From the IMG/VR virus record IMGVR_UViG_3300042347_000063, positions 1 to 31,845 of that record: a DNA stretch of 31,845 bases; one strand, 5' to 3'. Below the pieces are notes generated by a model that was not told the origin of the DNA, made no database searches, and saw only the letters and a list, made by a program, of their open reading frames with translations. Made by a program: the position numbers and the translations under genes. How positions within the stretch are numbered: position 1 is the stretch's first letter; every line of letters starts with the position of its first letter. The DNA is from a virus (lineage: Duplodnaviria > Caudoviricetes). Shown piece after piece: positions 8,365 through 18,875 of the stretch.

Positions 8365-11300
8365 TTAGACTGGAGTCACGACAGAAGTTGACCACTCAAC
8401 AGCATCATAAATCTTGAGTTTATCAGAGTCTAAAATCATTCCTTCTCCATCATCCACAATAATCTTATTTGTTCCAATATAGGTTTTATATATTTCTGAA
8501 GGGTTTACTCCGTAGGTTGAAGAGGTTGATATTACGAGCATACCGTTCCAGGAGTAGTTGGTTTCCCAATACTGCCAATCAAAATTAACACCATCTTCAG
8601 ACCTTACATTTGCCCATGGCCTTGTGATAACACTTTGGATTTGCTGAAGATCTGTGGCCTGATAATAAGAAATATTATTAAATACCCCTGGGCCATTAAT
8701 ATTTATTGATCCTAGGAAAGAGTCAAAAATTAGCGGGGATCCAAAAGATATTCCAATAATGGTCCATTCTTTAATAGTTATAACTGGCTCTCTAACTATG
8801 GAACCATTTATGTAATAAGATATTCCGTTAACTTCTTCTCCCGTTGAATTATTAATTGCATATATCTTTGCTCTGCTGCCAGAAGGATTGGTTATCTTTG
8901 TGTAAAATTTAATTGTTTCATTTTTATGGTTAATTTCAAATAGTTGTACTGGGTCTAAACCAAAAGAGACGCTATCATTTCTATACCAAGCCTGGAAAGC
9001 ACTAATACGATAATTGTTTGCAAGTGTTGTATTTACTGGAAGAGATATTCCTCGATCTACTGAAGCAGAAAATTCTCCTCTTACCTCAATTCCAGAATTT
9101 TTTGTCATGTATAGATATGGGGTGCTTCCTTTATAAATACTAAAAGGATTTTTAGACTTGTAGTCATAATAAATTCCTGCTCTTTTGTATGGAAATAGAT
9201 CGTTTCCAAACTTTGTTCCAACAGGATTAAAAGAGTTATCATTTAATACTTGAGAGGCTAATGACAAAGTTCTTAGTGTTATTGGCTTTGTTATTGTTCC
9301 ACGAACATTAAATTCTAGCCTATAAACTATTGCTAGTTCATTAAAATCTACAGTTTTACTTGGATATATTAGCGTATTATTTACAACTTCAAATCTTGTT
9401 GTTGACCACTGGGGATGGCTATCCATATCTAAAATTTTTGTTTCTATTGGCCTATCAACAGTTAGGAAATTGCCAACTGGTGAGTTGGCCCCTTCTGCTA
9501 CATATTGAAAAGTTATATAACTTCTAACAGCAGCATCATCAGTGTTATATATATTTGCTAGAACTGATTGCTCAGCCATATCTAAGTAGTCTTCCCATCC
9601 AGTCTCAGCCTCATCTGCTAGATCTGCATATGTTCTTTGTGTTGGTAAAGAATATTGCTCATATAGGTCTAGATAGGAAAAAGACTCAACCCCAACTCTT
9701 TCCTGTACAACTGTAGATGGCTCTGGATAGTCTACATTGAACTGAATAAAGTCTAGGTCATAATATTCGTTTCCAACATCATTTTTTACATACTGGGCAA
9801 AATAAGAAAGTGGCATATAATCTTCCCAATATCCAGATATACCGATATCTAAAAAGAATGTGTTATATGATTCGTTTGGAAGCAAGGTATAACTTGCTGT
9901 ATGAACAATAAGTTCATCTCCAGAAGTAATTAGGGCTATGCCATTAGGCATAAAATGATCTGAAACCTGACCAACATTAAATGCAGTAGATAAGCCAACA
10001 GTGTAAATATATCCAGTAAAAGTTTTATTTTCTGTTTTGTCTCCAGCAATATATAAAGTTAGTCCTTTTCTGTTTCCAAAAAATGTTGCAACATTTCCAC
10101 CAAATGTTTCAATAAGGCTGTCTATGTTTATTCCAACTGCTCTTTTTGTATTTAATACAAGGGAATCAGTTGTAAATAGCAATTCTTCTTCGCCATTGTA
10201 TGTCAAATAATACTTTACTAACAGACCTTCTTTTATTACGCTCATTCTATTTCCAGTAAGGGCATCCTGTATATCAAAAAGTATTTGCTCTTGTGGATTG
10301 TCATCTATTGCTTGTATTACTAAGTATATTCCGTGCACTTCATCATTTAAAATATCTAATGTTGAAAAATTCATATATCCGTCTATATCGTCCCAACTAC
10401 TATTAGGTTTTAGACATATAAAGTTTGTATTTCCAGACTGAATAGCCTGATTATCGTCATAAAATTGTGTCAAAGTCTTTGTACCAATAGATATATCTGG
10501 AAGACTATAAGATGGGGTATCTAGAGATGTTGCTGTAGTTACAAGGTTGTCAAATGTTCCTTGCTGCCACTTTGCAAAGTTTGGATAAGAATAGTTAGCC
10601 GTATAGTCAGCAAAAGAATAATCAATGAAAGCAGATGTTCCTCCATAGGCAGAGTTAATACCTTCGGGAGACTCTACTCCTTGTCCATATACCCATCTAC
10701 GCTTAGCAACAGTAACTGGAACCTGATATGAATAAATTGCTATACAGTCAAGTTCTATTTCTGGAACATCTGAGTACGCATAAAACCCAAGCCAGTCTTG
10801 AGAGTCTCCGTTTGCACTATTAACTATTGATGGAAGAGGTATTGAATTGGTGCTAAAAGATAAAGATAGAACCTCTTCTCCATTAATCAATAGACTTGCA
10901 GAATCTTTAATAATACGAATATCAATAAGCATTGGTCTATACCATTCACCAACAAAATGTGACCTAAATGCATTTCCAATTTTTAATGTTATAAATCCTG
11001 ACTCAACATATAATCCGTCTGAAGATGCTATTGGACCAAAAATCTTTCGTGGTTGTAGTGTATCAGAATTAATTCTAGCCCAAAACTCAACAGTATATTC
11101 CCCATATCTTCCCAATTCATTTAAAAATCCTTGTCCTGGAATAAGCAAAGATGGATTCTCTCCATTAGGGACAATCTTTGTTGCACCAGTTGCTCCATAT
11201 ACAAGCGGAATACTTGTATTTTTTGCAAACAAAGAAGTTTCAGACGCAAGGTAATATCCGTTTACTCCAGTTAAGCCATATGGAAGTGCATCAATCGCAT

Positions 11301-11961
11301 AGTCTTGGGTTATAGCAATATCTGTAGGAAATGACTCAACAGAACTCCCTAAAGATGTAGCATGGAACTCTTCTGCCCACTGCCCAGCACTTATTCCATT
11401 AACATAAAATTCATAGTCTGAAGAAGATGCTCCTCCAGTAATAGTAGATATTTTTATAACAATTCTAAAAGTTGCTACCTTATCTGGAATAGGAAATGTA
11501 GAAGATAAAAAAGACCAACGATTATATAATGGGTCAACAAAAGTTTCTAATTGCTCTACAACAGAAGACGTTGCTGGATCTGTGTACTCAAACCCAATAG
11601 ATACCGAACTTACATAAATACTATTTGAATAAAAATATGAACCAACTGAAAATGATCCAAGTTCAGAACTCATATTAGAAAAATTACTTAGGTTTGGACT
11701 AACTAGTTTAATGACTCCAGTTGCCCCACTTGGAACCGTACCAAGAATGCTAGTTGACAAACTATCTTCAAAAGGAGCATCTACGGCACCACTACCAGGA
11801 TCTGTATTAACAGTTGCTCCAGTAGTTGTCCACTGAGATTCAACATTTCTTTTGGCTTCTGTAATCAAACTTACATAGTCAGCCTTGTCATCCAGTGCCC
11901 ACAAGACTAATGGGTGTTCTGAGAAGATCTTCTCTGCATACAAATTTGATGGGTTAGACAT
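8365..11961 (-). CDS. Large virion/tail structural protein with LamG/ConA-like beta-sandwich segments
   Basis: 1198 aa; N-terminal 'YAEKIFSEHPLVLWALDD' and 'YTVEFWARI...DCIAIYSY' resemble LamG-like domains of phage tail proteins; SD AGGAG and TGCTATAAT promoter (11979-11987). Confidence 0.55.
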   Translation of the reverse strand: MSNPSNLYAEKIFSEHPLVLWALDDKADYVSLITEAKRNVESQWTTTGATVNTDPGSGAVDAPFEDSLSTSILGTVPSGATGVIKLVSPNLSNFSNMSSELGSFSVGSYFYSNSIYVSSVSIGFEYTDPATSSVVEQLETFVDPLYNRWSFLSSTFPIPDKVATFRIVIKISTITGGASSSDYEFYVNGISAGQWAEEFHATSLGSSVESFPTDIAITQDYAIDALPYGLTGVNGYYLASETSLFAKNTSIPLVYGATGATKIVPNGENPSLLIPGQGFLNELGRYGEYTVEFWARINSDTLQPRKIFGPIASSDGLYVESGFITLKIGNAFRSHFVGEWYRPMLIDIRIIKDSASLLINGEEVLSLSFSTNSIPLPSIVNSANGDSQDWLGFYAYSDVPEIELDCIAIYSYQVPVTVAKRRWVYGQGVESPEGINSAYGGTSAFIDYSFADYTANYSYPNFAKWQQGTFDNLVTTATSLDTPSYSLPDISIGTKTLTQFYDDNQAIQSGNTNFICLKPNSSWDDIDGYMNFSTLDILNDEVHGIYLVIQAIDDNPQEQILFDIQDALTGNRMSVIKEGLLVKYYLTYNGEEELLFTTDSLVLNTKRAVGINIDSLIETFGGNVATFFGNRKGLTLYIAGDKTENKTFTGYIYTVGLSTAFNVGQVSDHFMPNGIALITSGDELIVHTASYTLLPNESYNTFFLDIGISGYWEDYMPLSYFAQYVKNDVGNEYYDLDFIQFNVDYPEPSTVVQERVGVESFSYLDLYEQYSLPTQRTYADLADEAETGWEDYLDMAEQSVLANIYNTDDAAVRSYITFQYVAEGANSPVGNFLTVDRPIETKILDMDSHPQWSTTRFEVVNNTLIYPSKTVDFNELAIVYRLEFNVRGTITKPITLRTLSLASQVLNDNSFNPVGTKFGNDLFPYKRAGIYYDYKSKNPFSIYKGSTPYLYMTKNSGIEVRGEFSASVDRGISLPVNTTLANNYRISAFQAWYRNDSVSFGLDPVQLFEINHKNETIKFYTKITNPSGSRAKIYAINNSTGEEVNGISYYINGSIVREPVITIKEWTIIGISFGSPLIFDSFLGSININGPGVFNNISYYQATDLQQIQSVITRPWANVRSEDGVNFDWQYWETNYSWNGMLVISTSSTYGVNPSEIYKTYIGTNKIIVDDGEGMILDSDKLKIYDAVEWSTSVVTPV

Positions 11962-11996
11962 AATTCTCCTATCCCACTATTATAGCAGGCTAGAGT

Positions 11997-14030
11997 CTAA
12001 TATAACTTAATCTCACAAGCATCTGTAGAACAATATTTTTCTGACTCAGCATCAAGGTTATCATTGCCATCATAAATAGCAGACCAATCAATTTTCCCAA
12101 TCTTTCCTACATATGAGTTATATTCTTCTCTTGTGATTTCTGTATAAGGTTGCTGTGGATAAACCTTATCTCCCATTGGTAGGAAGGATACTGCCTTTAA
12201 CTGTCCCTCATACATGTTTAAGGCAGGAGCAATAAATTTCTTCTCATTTTCTTTGTCAAATGACAGAGTTACAGAAACACCATTATCTGACCAATACTTC
12301 TGGGCTGTTGCTGCCAAACCAATCTTTTCAAATAAACTTACCTGCTTCTCAGAACGCTTATGTCCTGATGCAACTGGGAAATAAACTACTTGTGTGTTTG
12401 CTGATACAAGGTCTGGTTCAACTTTATATCCCGCTGCTTTAAACAGGTGAAGCATTGGATCAGTATCGCCAAAGCGAATAGCACGAAGATAAAATTCTCC
12501 TCCAGGACCCCAGTGAACTCCAGGGGTAGCGCCAGAAAGCAATGACACAGATCCTGATGGCTTAACGGTGGTTACACGAACGGACTCACGAACACATAGC
12601 CATTCTGAATATGAGTGATCATATTGACGAATTGTGTTGTATCCTTCATCCATCCATTCACGGGTTGTCGGCAATCCGTGCTCATCAGCAAAGGCTGCAA
12701 TGCCTGTAAGTGATGTGCCAATACGACGATTTCTTTGCATGATACCGTTTGTCTGTTGCCAATGTGTTGGCATAAGAGTTACAGTCTTTCCATAAAGATA
12801 AGCAAACTTTAACGTTTTTAGGAAATCTTCTTTAGAGTCATGACGATTTAAATGTACCTCTACAAGAGTACAAAGTTCATATGATTCCAATGGCTGCTCT
12901 GCACAAGGATTGAAGCCCATGATACGAGCATCTTTATAGTCTGGAGCATCTGCAAGACGACCGTAATCTCTAGCAACACCAAGCCAGATAAAACCTGGCT
13001 CTCCATTGTCTGCAATTAAATCTACATAGTCTTCATATTTTGTTCCAACCTTAGCAGCAATTGAGTTATTGCTCATCCATGCCCAACCTGGCTTTTCTGG
13101 ATCATATGAATTTCTTTCTGGAAACACTTCTGGATTCTTAAGATTAATAAAACCACTATCTTCTGGTGTACCAAGTGCAAGGGTAGCAGAACGACGAACA
13201 TTTCCAGAAACAACGCAAGTACCAATAAGATTTACAATATCTACAATAGCACGGCTATCAAGTAGTTCTCCCGCTCTAGAGCCTACGACATTACGAATGC
13301 GGGTATGCAGATCAATAAGTGGTGCTGGACCGCTAGCAACCCCTCCAAAGCCCTTAATGGGTGCTCCTAGAGGACGGATTAGGTCATAATTAAACTCCTG
13401 TACCGCTTGATTTTGACGAAGAAATGAGTTGATCAAAAGACGAACAGACTCTACCCAGCCTTCACGGGTATCAGGGATTTCATAGACTGAGGCTGGCTCT
13501 GAAGGTGCATAAATAGACATTTGCTTGTCTTGTCCAAGGGTGTCAAATCCTACACCAATACCAAGCATAAGAGCATCCATAACCCATGCAAATAGGGCAC
13601 CTGGATCATTACGATCAATGTCACGAGTAGAAACCATTGCACAGTTTTGGAGGGATGCTGAGTTACGCTTCTCCATAGTCATAGGTGTACCAAATGCCCA
13701 GAGACCACGGCCTGGGGGGGTCCACTTTAACTCAAACATTCTTTGAAATGCTTCTTGAGCGGACTTCTGAGCCTTGTTGTCATTCCACGGAAGTCGATTA
13801 TCTTTAGCGTGGTTTTTCTGTACTGAATACATGCCCTCAATTACACGACGACAAACTTCATGCCAGCGTTCCTTTGTTCCGTCCTCTTTAACACGGGAAT
13901 AGGTACGAATAAACGTAATCTCTCCAAGTGAGTTAGAGCCTGCATCTGAGAATCCAAATGGTGCTGGAATCAGTTGATATTTATTAACAAAATCTTCTGA
14001 TAGACGAAATGAAAATACGCTTTCTGACAT
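11997..14030 (-). CDS. nrdJ: Class II (adenosylcobalamin-dependent) ribonucleotide reductase, monomeric RTPR-like type
   Basis: 'RTYSR', 'PPGRGLW', 'LQNCA', 'GNVRRSA', thiyl-radical loop 'NPCAEQ', 'ELCTLVE', 'TTVKPSGSVS' and C-terminal 'CSTDAC' redox pair. No NrdB partner and no intein seen. Confidence 0.92.
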   Translation of the reverse strand: MSESVFSFRLSEDFVNKYQLIPAPFGFSDAGSNSLGEITFIRTYSRVKEDGTKERWHEVCRRVIEGMYSVQKNHAKDNRLPWNDNKAQKSAQEAFQRMFELKWTPPGRGLWAFGTPMTMEKRNSASLQNCAMVSTRDIDRNDPGALFAWVMDALMLGIGVGFDTLGQDKQMSIYAPSEPASVYEIPDTREGWVESVRLLINSFLRQNQAVQEFNYDLIRPLGAPIKGFGGVASGPAPLIDLHTRIRNVVGSRAGELLDSRAIVDIVNLIGTCVVSGNVRRSATLALGTPEDSGFINLKNPEVFPERNSYDPEKPGWAWMSNNSIAAKVGTKYEDYVDLIADNGEPGFIWLGVARDYGRLADAPDYKDARIMGFNPCAEQPLESYELCTLVEVHLNRHDSKEDFLKTLKFAYLYGKTVTLMPTHWQQTNGIMQRNRRIGTSLTGIAAFADEHGLPTTREWMDEGYNTIRQYDHSYSEWLCVRESVRVTTVKPSGSVSLLSGATPGVHWGPGGEFYLRAIRFGDTDPMLHLFKAAGYKVEPDLVSANTQVVYFPVASGHKRSEKQVSLFEKIGLAATAQKYWSDNGVSVTLSFDKENEKKFIAPALNMYEGQLKAVSFLPMGDKVYPQQPYTEITREEYNSYVGKIGKIDWSAIYDGNDNLDAESEKYCSTDACEIKLY

Positions 14031-14091
14031 TTATTATTTACCTTTCATAGCAAAATTAAGTGAGTACTTCATAGTTTCTGAAGTAGTCTTA

Positions 14092-14100
14092 AGTATAGCA
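14092..14100 (-). promoter_or_regulatory. Extended -10 promoter (TGCTATACT) for nrdJ
   Basis: Just downstream of the terminator and about 60 nt upstream of the nrdJ ATG; the leader holds a TACTTCA...TGAAGTA hairpin and SD GAAAGG. Confidence 0.6.
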
Positions 14101-14106
14101 TAGATT

Positions 14107-14138
14107 TAAAAAGAAAAACACGCTCAAAAAGAACGTGT
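14107..14138 (-). terminator. Intrinsic terminator after the sulfotransferase gene
   Basis: Minus strand ACACGTTC-TTTTT-GAGCGTGT followed by TTTTCTTTTT; a second AT-rich hairpin lies at about 14155-14185. Confidence 0.6.
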
Positions 14139-14207
14139 AAATCTTTTGTTTAGGGTTAGTACTTTTGTTTTTTTAAAGTATTAACTACTAATATAAATAT
14201 CTATAAT

Positions 14208-15047
14208 TTAAAAATCTTTCCCTTTAACTTTCATCAAAGAGTTATCTCTCCAAAATTCCATATTAGAGTACTTGTGTTTAATGTAGTCAGAAAGAATGTC
14301 TACTGATGTTGACGATATTGACAAAGACTCTCTAACATCGTGCAAGTTCTCAGGATAGCCAAGATCTATATCGTTATCTAACTCTATCTTTTTTATGTTA
14401 TTAAAGTCATGTTTATATTCTGGTAACTCTAAAAATTTATAGATACCAGACATTGTTTCTTGTGGTTTTAATACAAGATCATTGTATTCAACAATATGAA
14501 AAATATCCTTGTTTTCTAGATAGAATGCGGATGCAACAGAAACTAGTGCTCTGTCTATATCCCCATTTATTTGCATAAGATATTCACATATACAGTCTTC
14601 ATCAGAACGATAAATATTAACAAAAGCATTATTACTTATAACGTCATTTCTTAAACGATCAGAATCCAGTTTAATAAATGAAGCAAGAATTTCTAAAATA
14701 TCACGAACTGTGACTATAATCTTAGGACTTTTTGTAATATATTTTTTTATTAAATCAAGATTTCCTGGCATTCCCCAGTCTTTTTGCCTATCAACTATTA
14801 TAGGCTTTTCTACATTTTTATAAAATGTATCAAAGAAAGAATAAAGTAGTTCTGACCCTCTGTCCTTATTTTCTTCATTTCGTTTTATACTATTTAAATA
14901 ATTATACGACTTAGAATACTCCCACATCAAATCAAGAAGTGGGCTGAGTGGTGTGCTATAAATATTTGGATTTTGATTTAATATTGCTGATAATAGTGTA
15001 TTTCCACTTCTTGGTAAACCCGCTAAAAAATAATAAGTTTTTTTCAT
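14208..15047 (-). CDS. PAPS-dependent sulfotransferase family protein
   Basis: N-terminal 5'-PSB loop 'GLPRSGNTLLSAILNQNP', 3'-PB-like 'KIIVTVRDILEILASF', and 'VEYNDLV..P.ETM..IY.FL'. AT-rich, with its own leaderless promoter. Confidence 0.85.
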   Translation of the reverse strand: MKKTYYFLAGLPRSGNTLLSAILNQNPNIYSTPLSPLLDLMWEYSKSYNYLNSIKRNEENKDRGSELLYSFFDTFYKNVEKPIIVDRQKDWGMPGNLDLIKKYITKSPKIIVTVRDILEILASFIKLDSDRLRNDVISNNAFVNIYRSDEDCICEYLMQINGDIDRALVSVASAFYLENKDIFHIVEYNDLVLKPQETMSGIYKFLELPEYKHDFNNIKKIELDNDIDLGYPENLHDVRESLSISSTSVDILSDYIKHKYSNMEFWRDNSLMKVKGKDF

Positions 15048-15121
15048 AAAAAAAGTATATCATACGGTCAACAATTTTTATAATTATTGCCATTAACATT
15101 TTTATTTTAGTGGATTATTTT

Positions 15122-15469
15122 TTACAAATCTTCTACTAAGTCCCAAGATAGGGTTTCTTCATTCCAAATATAATTTTTTCCATCTGCTGGACGCCTAACG
15201 GGAGGTCTCCATAATGATCCTTCACGAATAGTCCAAGAAGGATATGGCTTAGGTTCAATAAATATATCTTCTTCTTCGTTATAAGAATAACCAATGCCTG
15301 CATATATGCCACGTATGTTATTATTATAACTTGTACGCTTACATACCTGTCCTCTAAAGTTTCCATACCAAGTTTCAGGATCTACTCCATCAATCAACTC
15401 TGTTTCATCAAGTCCAACGATTACATCAGTGACAATATTATTTTCATCTAAAAAAGCATAGTGTGCCAT
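15122..15469 (-). CDS. Small partner protein of a glycine-rich gene (MAH[YW]A family, copy 1)
   Basis: 'MAHYAFLDENNIV...KRTSYNNN.R..YAGIG..Y.EE.D.FI.PKP'; paralog of 23193-23492; TAATG-coupled to the Gly-rich gene. Confidence 0.8.
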   Translation of the reverse strand: MAHYAFLDENNIVTDVIVGLDETELIDGVDPETWYGNFRGQVCKRTSYNNNIRGIYAGIGYSYNEEEDIFIEPKPYPSWTIREGSLWRPPVRRPADGKNYIWNEETLSWDLVEDL

Positions 15470-16317
15470 TATGAGAAAGTCACCGTTCCTGTTCCGCTAG
15501 TGATATATACGACTCTATTTGAACCTTGAATAGTGTTTGTTGAACCGCCTAGTCCAGATAAAGATGCTTGGTAATCAGCAGGGAATCTAAGCGCAACAAG
15601 TCCAGAACCACCAGTTCCTCCACGAGTCCAGTAGTCTCCACCTCCGCCTGCTCCACCTCCATATGTTCCAGCACCGTTTCCACCCTTACCATTATTACTT
15701 GCACCGCCACCGCCACCGCCACCAGCACCGCCACCGCCTGCTGCCATAGTTCCTCCGCCAGCATAATATGTTCCACCTCCACCGCCACCACGATGATCAC
15801 CTGTTATAGAATTAACAACACCAGCACCGCCACCACCTGCAATAGTGTCAGAAGACTGTGCACTACCTCCTGCTTGACCTGCACCACCGCCACCGCCACC
15901 GCCGTAACTTGTTCCACCACCTCCGCCAAATCCATGTCCTGCTGCGCCACCACCACTTGCTCCACCGAATCCACCGCCACCGCTGCCAGTGCCACCAGTT
16001 GTGCCTCCGTTTGCAGTTATACCATTAAATGAAGAACTACCTCCTGAAGATACGGTTGCGCCACCTGCACCGATTGAAGCAGAATATCCTACGCCAGTTA
16101 ATAGTGTCTGTGTTGCCAAAGCAGCAGCATTTTGTCCAGATAGTGAGCCAATTGCAGATGAACGAACTCCGCCTCCGCCTGCTCCACCAAAGCCTTGACG
16201 ATCAGATCCGCCACCGCCACCTCCGACGATTACAAACTCAACAGTTAATGCTGGCTTTGCACGAAATCTGCCAAAACCTCTAACTGAGCCTGATCCAGTA
16301 GAACCCATCATAGGCAT
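15469..16317 (-). CDS. Glycine-rich-domain virion protein (putative fibre/adhesin)
   Basis: 'VEFVIVGGGGGG...GGAGGGG...GGSGLVALRF' is the typical phage Gly-rich domain architecture; follows a tail fibre gene. Confidence 0.75.
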   Translation of the reverse strand: MPMMGSTGSGSVRGFGRFRAKPALTVEFVIVGGGGGGSDRQGFGGAGGGGVRSSAIGSLSGQNAAALATQTLLTGVGYSASIGAGGATVSSGGSSSFNGITANGGTTGGTGSGGGGFGGASGGGAAGHGFGGGGGTSYGGGGGGGAGQAGGSAQSSDTIAGGGGAGVVNSITGDHRGGGGGGTYYAGGGTMAAGGGGAGGGGGGGASNNGKGGNGAGTYGGGAGGGGDYWTRGGTGGSGLVALRFPADYQASLSGLGGSTNTIQGSNRVVYITSGTGTVTFS

Positions 16318-16331
16318 ATTATGTTCTCCCT

Positions 16332-18356
16332 TTATGCAAACTTACCTTGAGTTTCAAGAACAGTAAATGTTGCATTTGCTGTTTTGATAATTGTAAACGA
16401 ATAAACATCAATAGACGATGCATTTCCTGCTGTTATTGCTGATGGAACCTTTGGTGTAACGTTAGTTCCATCAATTTGAATAGTACTTGGATAGTAAGGT
16501 GTTGCTCCGTTAGTATTCATCCAAACAAGGGTAATTGCATCACCTGTTGCCATTGCATTATTTAATGTTGTACCGCTTGAATATCTGAAGTTTAGAGTGT
16601 GGTTGGCGGTTGCGTTAGATGTGTAGTACCAGATTGAAGCAGTAGCCACATCAAAGTTAATGGTTCCAGTTGCAGCAGAAGCCACAACGTTTACGTCTTC
16701 TTCTAATCCTCTAACAACTGTGTCGGTAAGAGTTCCACCTGTAATAGCAGGAGTTGCTATTGTTGGACTTGTTCCAAACACTAGAGCACCTGAGCCTGTC
16801 TCATCTGTAATTGCAGCAGCAAGGTTGGCACTTGATGGAGTTCCAAGAAGTGTAGCAATGCCAGTTCCAAGAGATGTGATGCCAGTTCCACCGTTTGCAA
16901 CAGGAAGTGTTCCAGTTACGCCTGTGCTTAAAGGAAGCCCAGTTACGTTTGTCATTGTTCCAGATGCTGGTGTTCCAAGTGCTGGAGTGGTTAATGTTGG
17001 TGATGTTAAAGTTTTATTAGTTAATGTTTGAGCAGTATTTAGATCTACAGTAGTTCCAGTATTAATACTGAATGCTGTTCCAGTTAATGTTAATCCTGTA
17101 CCAGCAGAGTATGTGCCTGCACCAGAGAATTGGCTAAAAGCAATTGCATCAGTTCCAATTGTTGCTGGCTGATTAACTTGCACCCAGCCAGTACCACCGT
17201 TTATAGTACCAGAAGATACGAAAACAAAGTCTCCACTATCTACTTCTGAAGCAGTATCAAAGTCTGTGGCACGTGTAGGTTGTCCAGAAGCAGCAACTAC
17301 ATAAATACCATTTTCAGATTGTGTTGTTTGATTCTTAACGAGAACACGATTTCCAGTTGCAAGAGTTACACCATCAAGTGTGTCCCCATTTTCAAGGGCA
17401 GTTGATAAAGCAACATTTGCTGTTGTTGCAGCAACTACTGAAGGGTGAATATGCAATCCTTCTGTTACAGCATCTACATAAGCCTTAGTTGCTGCGTCTG
17501 CTGAATCAGTTGGAGTTCCAAGACCAGTAATCTTGCTTGTGCCCATTGCAATTGCACCTGTCATTGTGCCACCAGCAAGTGCTAATTTATTGTCTAATTG
17601 TGTTTGAATTGCTGAGGTTACTCCATTAAGGTAACCAATTTCTGTATCTGATACATCTGCAACTCTAAGTTGAACTGTTCCTGTTTCATCAGGGAATGTG
17701 ATTGTGCGATCAGATGTTGGATCTGTAACTACAAGGGTAGTTTCATTGTCATTATCTGTTGTTCCTTCAACAATAATTGAAGTTCCAGGAACCAAAAGAT
17801 TCTTGTTTGAATCAAGTCCTGCTACACCAGATATTGCACCAATATCTGAAGTTTCAATATACCCACCTAAAGATGTATTTACTGATTCTATTAAAGCAAC
17901 TGTTCCATCTGCATCTGGGAAGGTAATAGTTCTATCTGCTGTAGGGTCTCCTGCAGAAAGTACTAACTCGTAGGAATCTGCTGTTGTACCTTCCATTGTA
18001 ATGGAACCTGTAAACACTCCAATATCTGTAATATCTGAAAGGTTTCCAGTTGTAATAACTGTTCCTGTTACATTTGGAATTGTTATTGTACGATCTGCAG
18101 TAGGATCTGTTACTTGGAGAGTGGTCTCAAATCCGTCAGATGTAGCACCTTCAAAAGTAATACTTGAACCAAATGCTGGGTTGACTGTTGAGTTAGCGTC
18201 AACAAAGTAGTCTAGGTCTGCCCAGTGATTTACTCCGTCACCGATCTTAAACTTATTTGTGTCTGACTCCCAGCCCATCTCTGCAGCATTTAATACTGGG
18301 TTAGCAGAAGTCCACTGAGAAGCAGTTCCTCTGCGCTGTTGCATTCTTGTTGCCAT
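16332..18356 (-). CDS. Tail fibre protein with an Mtd-N/hyaluronidase-like N-terminus
   Basis: N-terminus '[43 protein letters not shown]' is the major tropism determinant N-terminal-type motif; three TADRTITxP repeats; 'DAATKAYVD' neck motif; Thr/Gly-rich. Confidence 0.8.
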   Translation of the reverse strand: MATRMQQRRGTASQWTSANPVLNAAEMGWESDTNKFKIGDGVNHWADLDYFVDANSTVNPAFGSSITFEGATSDGFETTLQVTDPTADRTITIPNVTGTVITTGNLSDITDIGVFTGSITMEGTTADSYELVLSAGDPTADRTITFPDADGTVALIESVNTSLGGYIETSDIGAISGVAGLDSNKNLLVPGTSIIVEGTTDNDNETTLVVTDPTSDRTITFPDETGTVQLRVADVSDTEIGYLNGVTSAIQTQLDNKLALAGGTMTGAIAMGTSKITGLGTPTDSADAATKAYVDAVTEGLHIHPSVVAATTANVALSTALENGDTLDGVTLATGNRVLVKNQTTQSENGIYVVAASGQPTRATDFDTASEVDSGDFVFVSSGTINGGTGWVQVNQPATIGTDAIAFSQFSGAGTYSAGTGLTLTGTAFSINTGTTVDLNTAQTLTNKTLTSPTLTTPALGTPASGTMTNVTGLPLSTGVTGTLPVANGGTGITSLGTGIATLLGTPSSANLAAAITDETGSGALVFGTSPTIATPAITGGTLTDTVVRGLEEDVNVVASAATGTINFDVATASIWYYTSNATANHTLNFRYSSGTTLNNAMATGDAITLVWMNTNGATPYYPSTIQIDGTNVTPKVPSAITAGNASSIDVYSFTIIKTANATFTVLETQGKFA

Positions 18357-18397
18357 TTATAACTCCCTTAGTGGTGTATTCATATTATATCAGATAA

Positions 18398-18856
18398 TTA
18401 ATTAAAATTATCTACTGCTTCTCCGCCTACCCAGGTTTCTTCCCAAGATACTGTATTATATAATCCAGCACTAACAAGATATCCTGGTTCGTTATATGCC
18501 CCGCCACTAACGAAAGTACTTACAATAAGACCAGAGCCATCAATTGATGTATCGTGAATATGGTCTTGAAGTGTTTCTGCATCTTCAAGAGTTGCAATAG
18601 CAACCCATTGAGATCCGTAATAAACATGAACTCGTTCTGTTAATGTGTCAAACCACAGATTTCCATTTGATGGAGATACTGGAGGTGTTGCACCAACACT
18701 TACTCCTGCTGCAGACGCAACTGAGTCAACATATAGTTTTGTTGTTGCATGTGTATTTTCAGTAGGAGTAGCAACTGTGACAGTTCCGCCAAAAGTACCG
18801 CCTTGGGCTACATCTAGCCCATGCTTTACCTTAAAGTCTCTATTAGTTGTTGTCAC
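18398..18856 (-). CDS. Short fibre-associated protein
   Basis: N-terminus 'DFKVKHGL' shared with the 18876-20735 fibre; 'HATTKLYVD' and 'PPVSPSNGNLWFDT' fibre motifs. Confidence 0.65.
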   Translation of the reverse strand: MTTTNRDFKVKHGLDVAQGGTFGGTVTVATPTENTHATTKLYVDSVASAAGVSVGATPPVSPSNGNLWFDTLTERVHVYYGSQWVAIATLEDAETLQDHIHDTSIDGSGLIVSTFVSGGAYNEPGYLVSAGLYNTVSWEETWVGGEAVDNFN

Positions 18857-18875
18857 AGTTGACTCCCGTCTTTAA

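Noticed and set aside
457-13746. Other short plus-strand or out-of-frame ORFs (for example 7916-8368, 10847-11254, 13069-13389, 6356-6616)
   Set aside because: They overlap confident genes, have no expression signals and show no recognisable motifs.
14031-14200. Possible cobalamin riboswitch or NrdR box upstream of nrdJ
   Set aside because: The leader is too short and AT-rich, with no B12-box or NrdR palindrome; a terminator and promoter explain the hairpins.
15549-16283. Several overlapping alternative-frame and antisense ORFs in the Gly-rich gene (also 23470-24444)
   Set aside because: Shadow ORFs caused by GGN codon runs that lack stops; no SD or promoter, and low-complexity products.
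16332-18356. Possible diversity-generating retroelement target, because of the Mtd-like N-terminus and the duplicated segment
   Set aside because: No reverse transcriptase in the window. Both repeat copies are coding and internal, and their differences are not adenine-specific.
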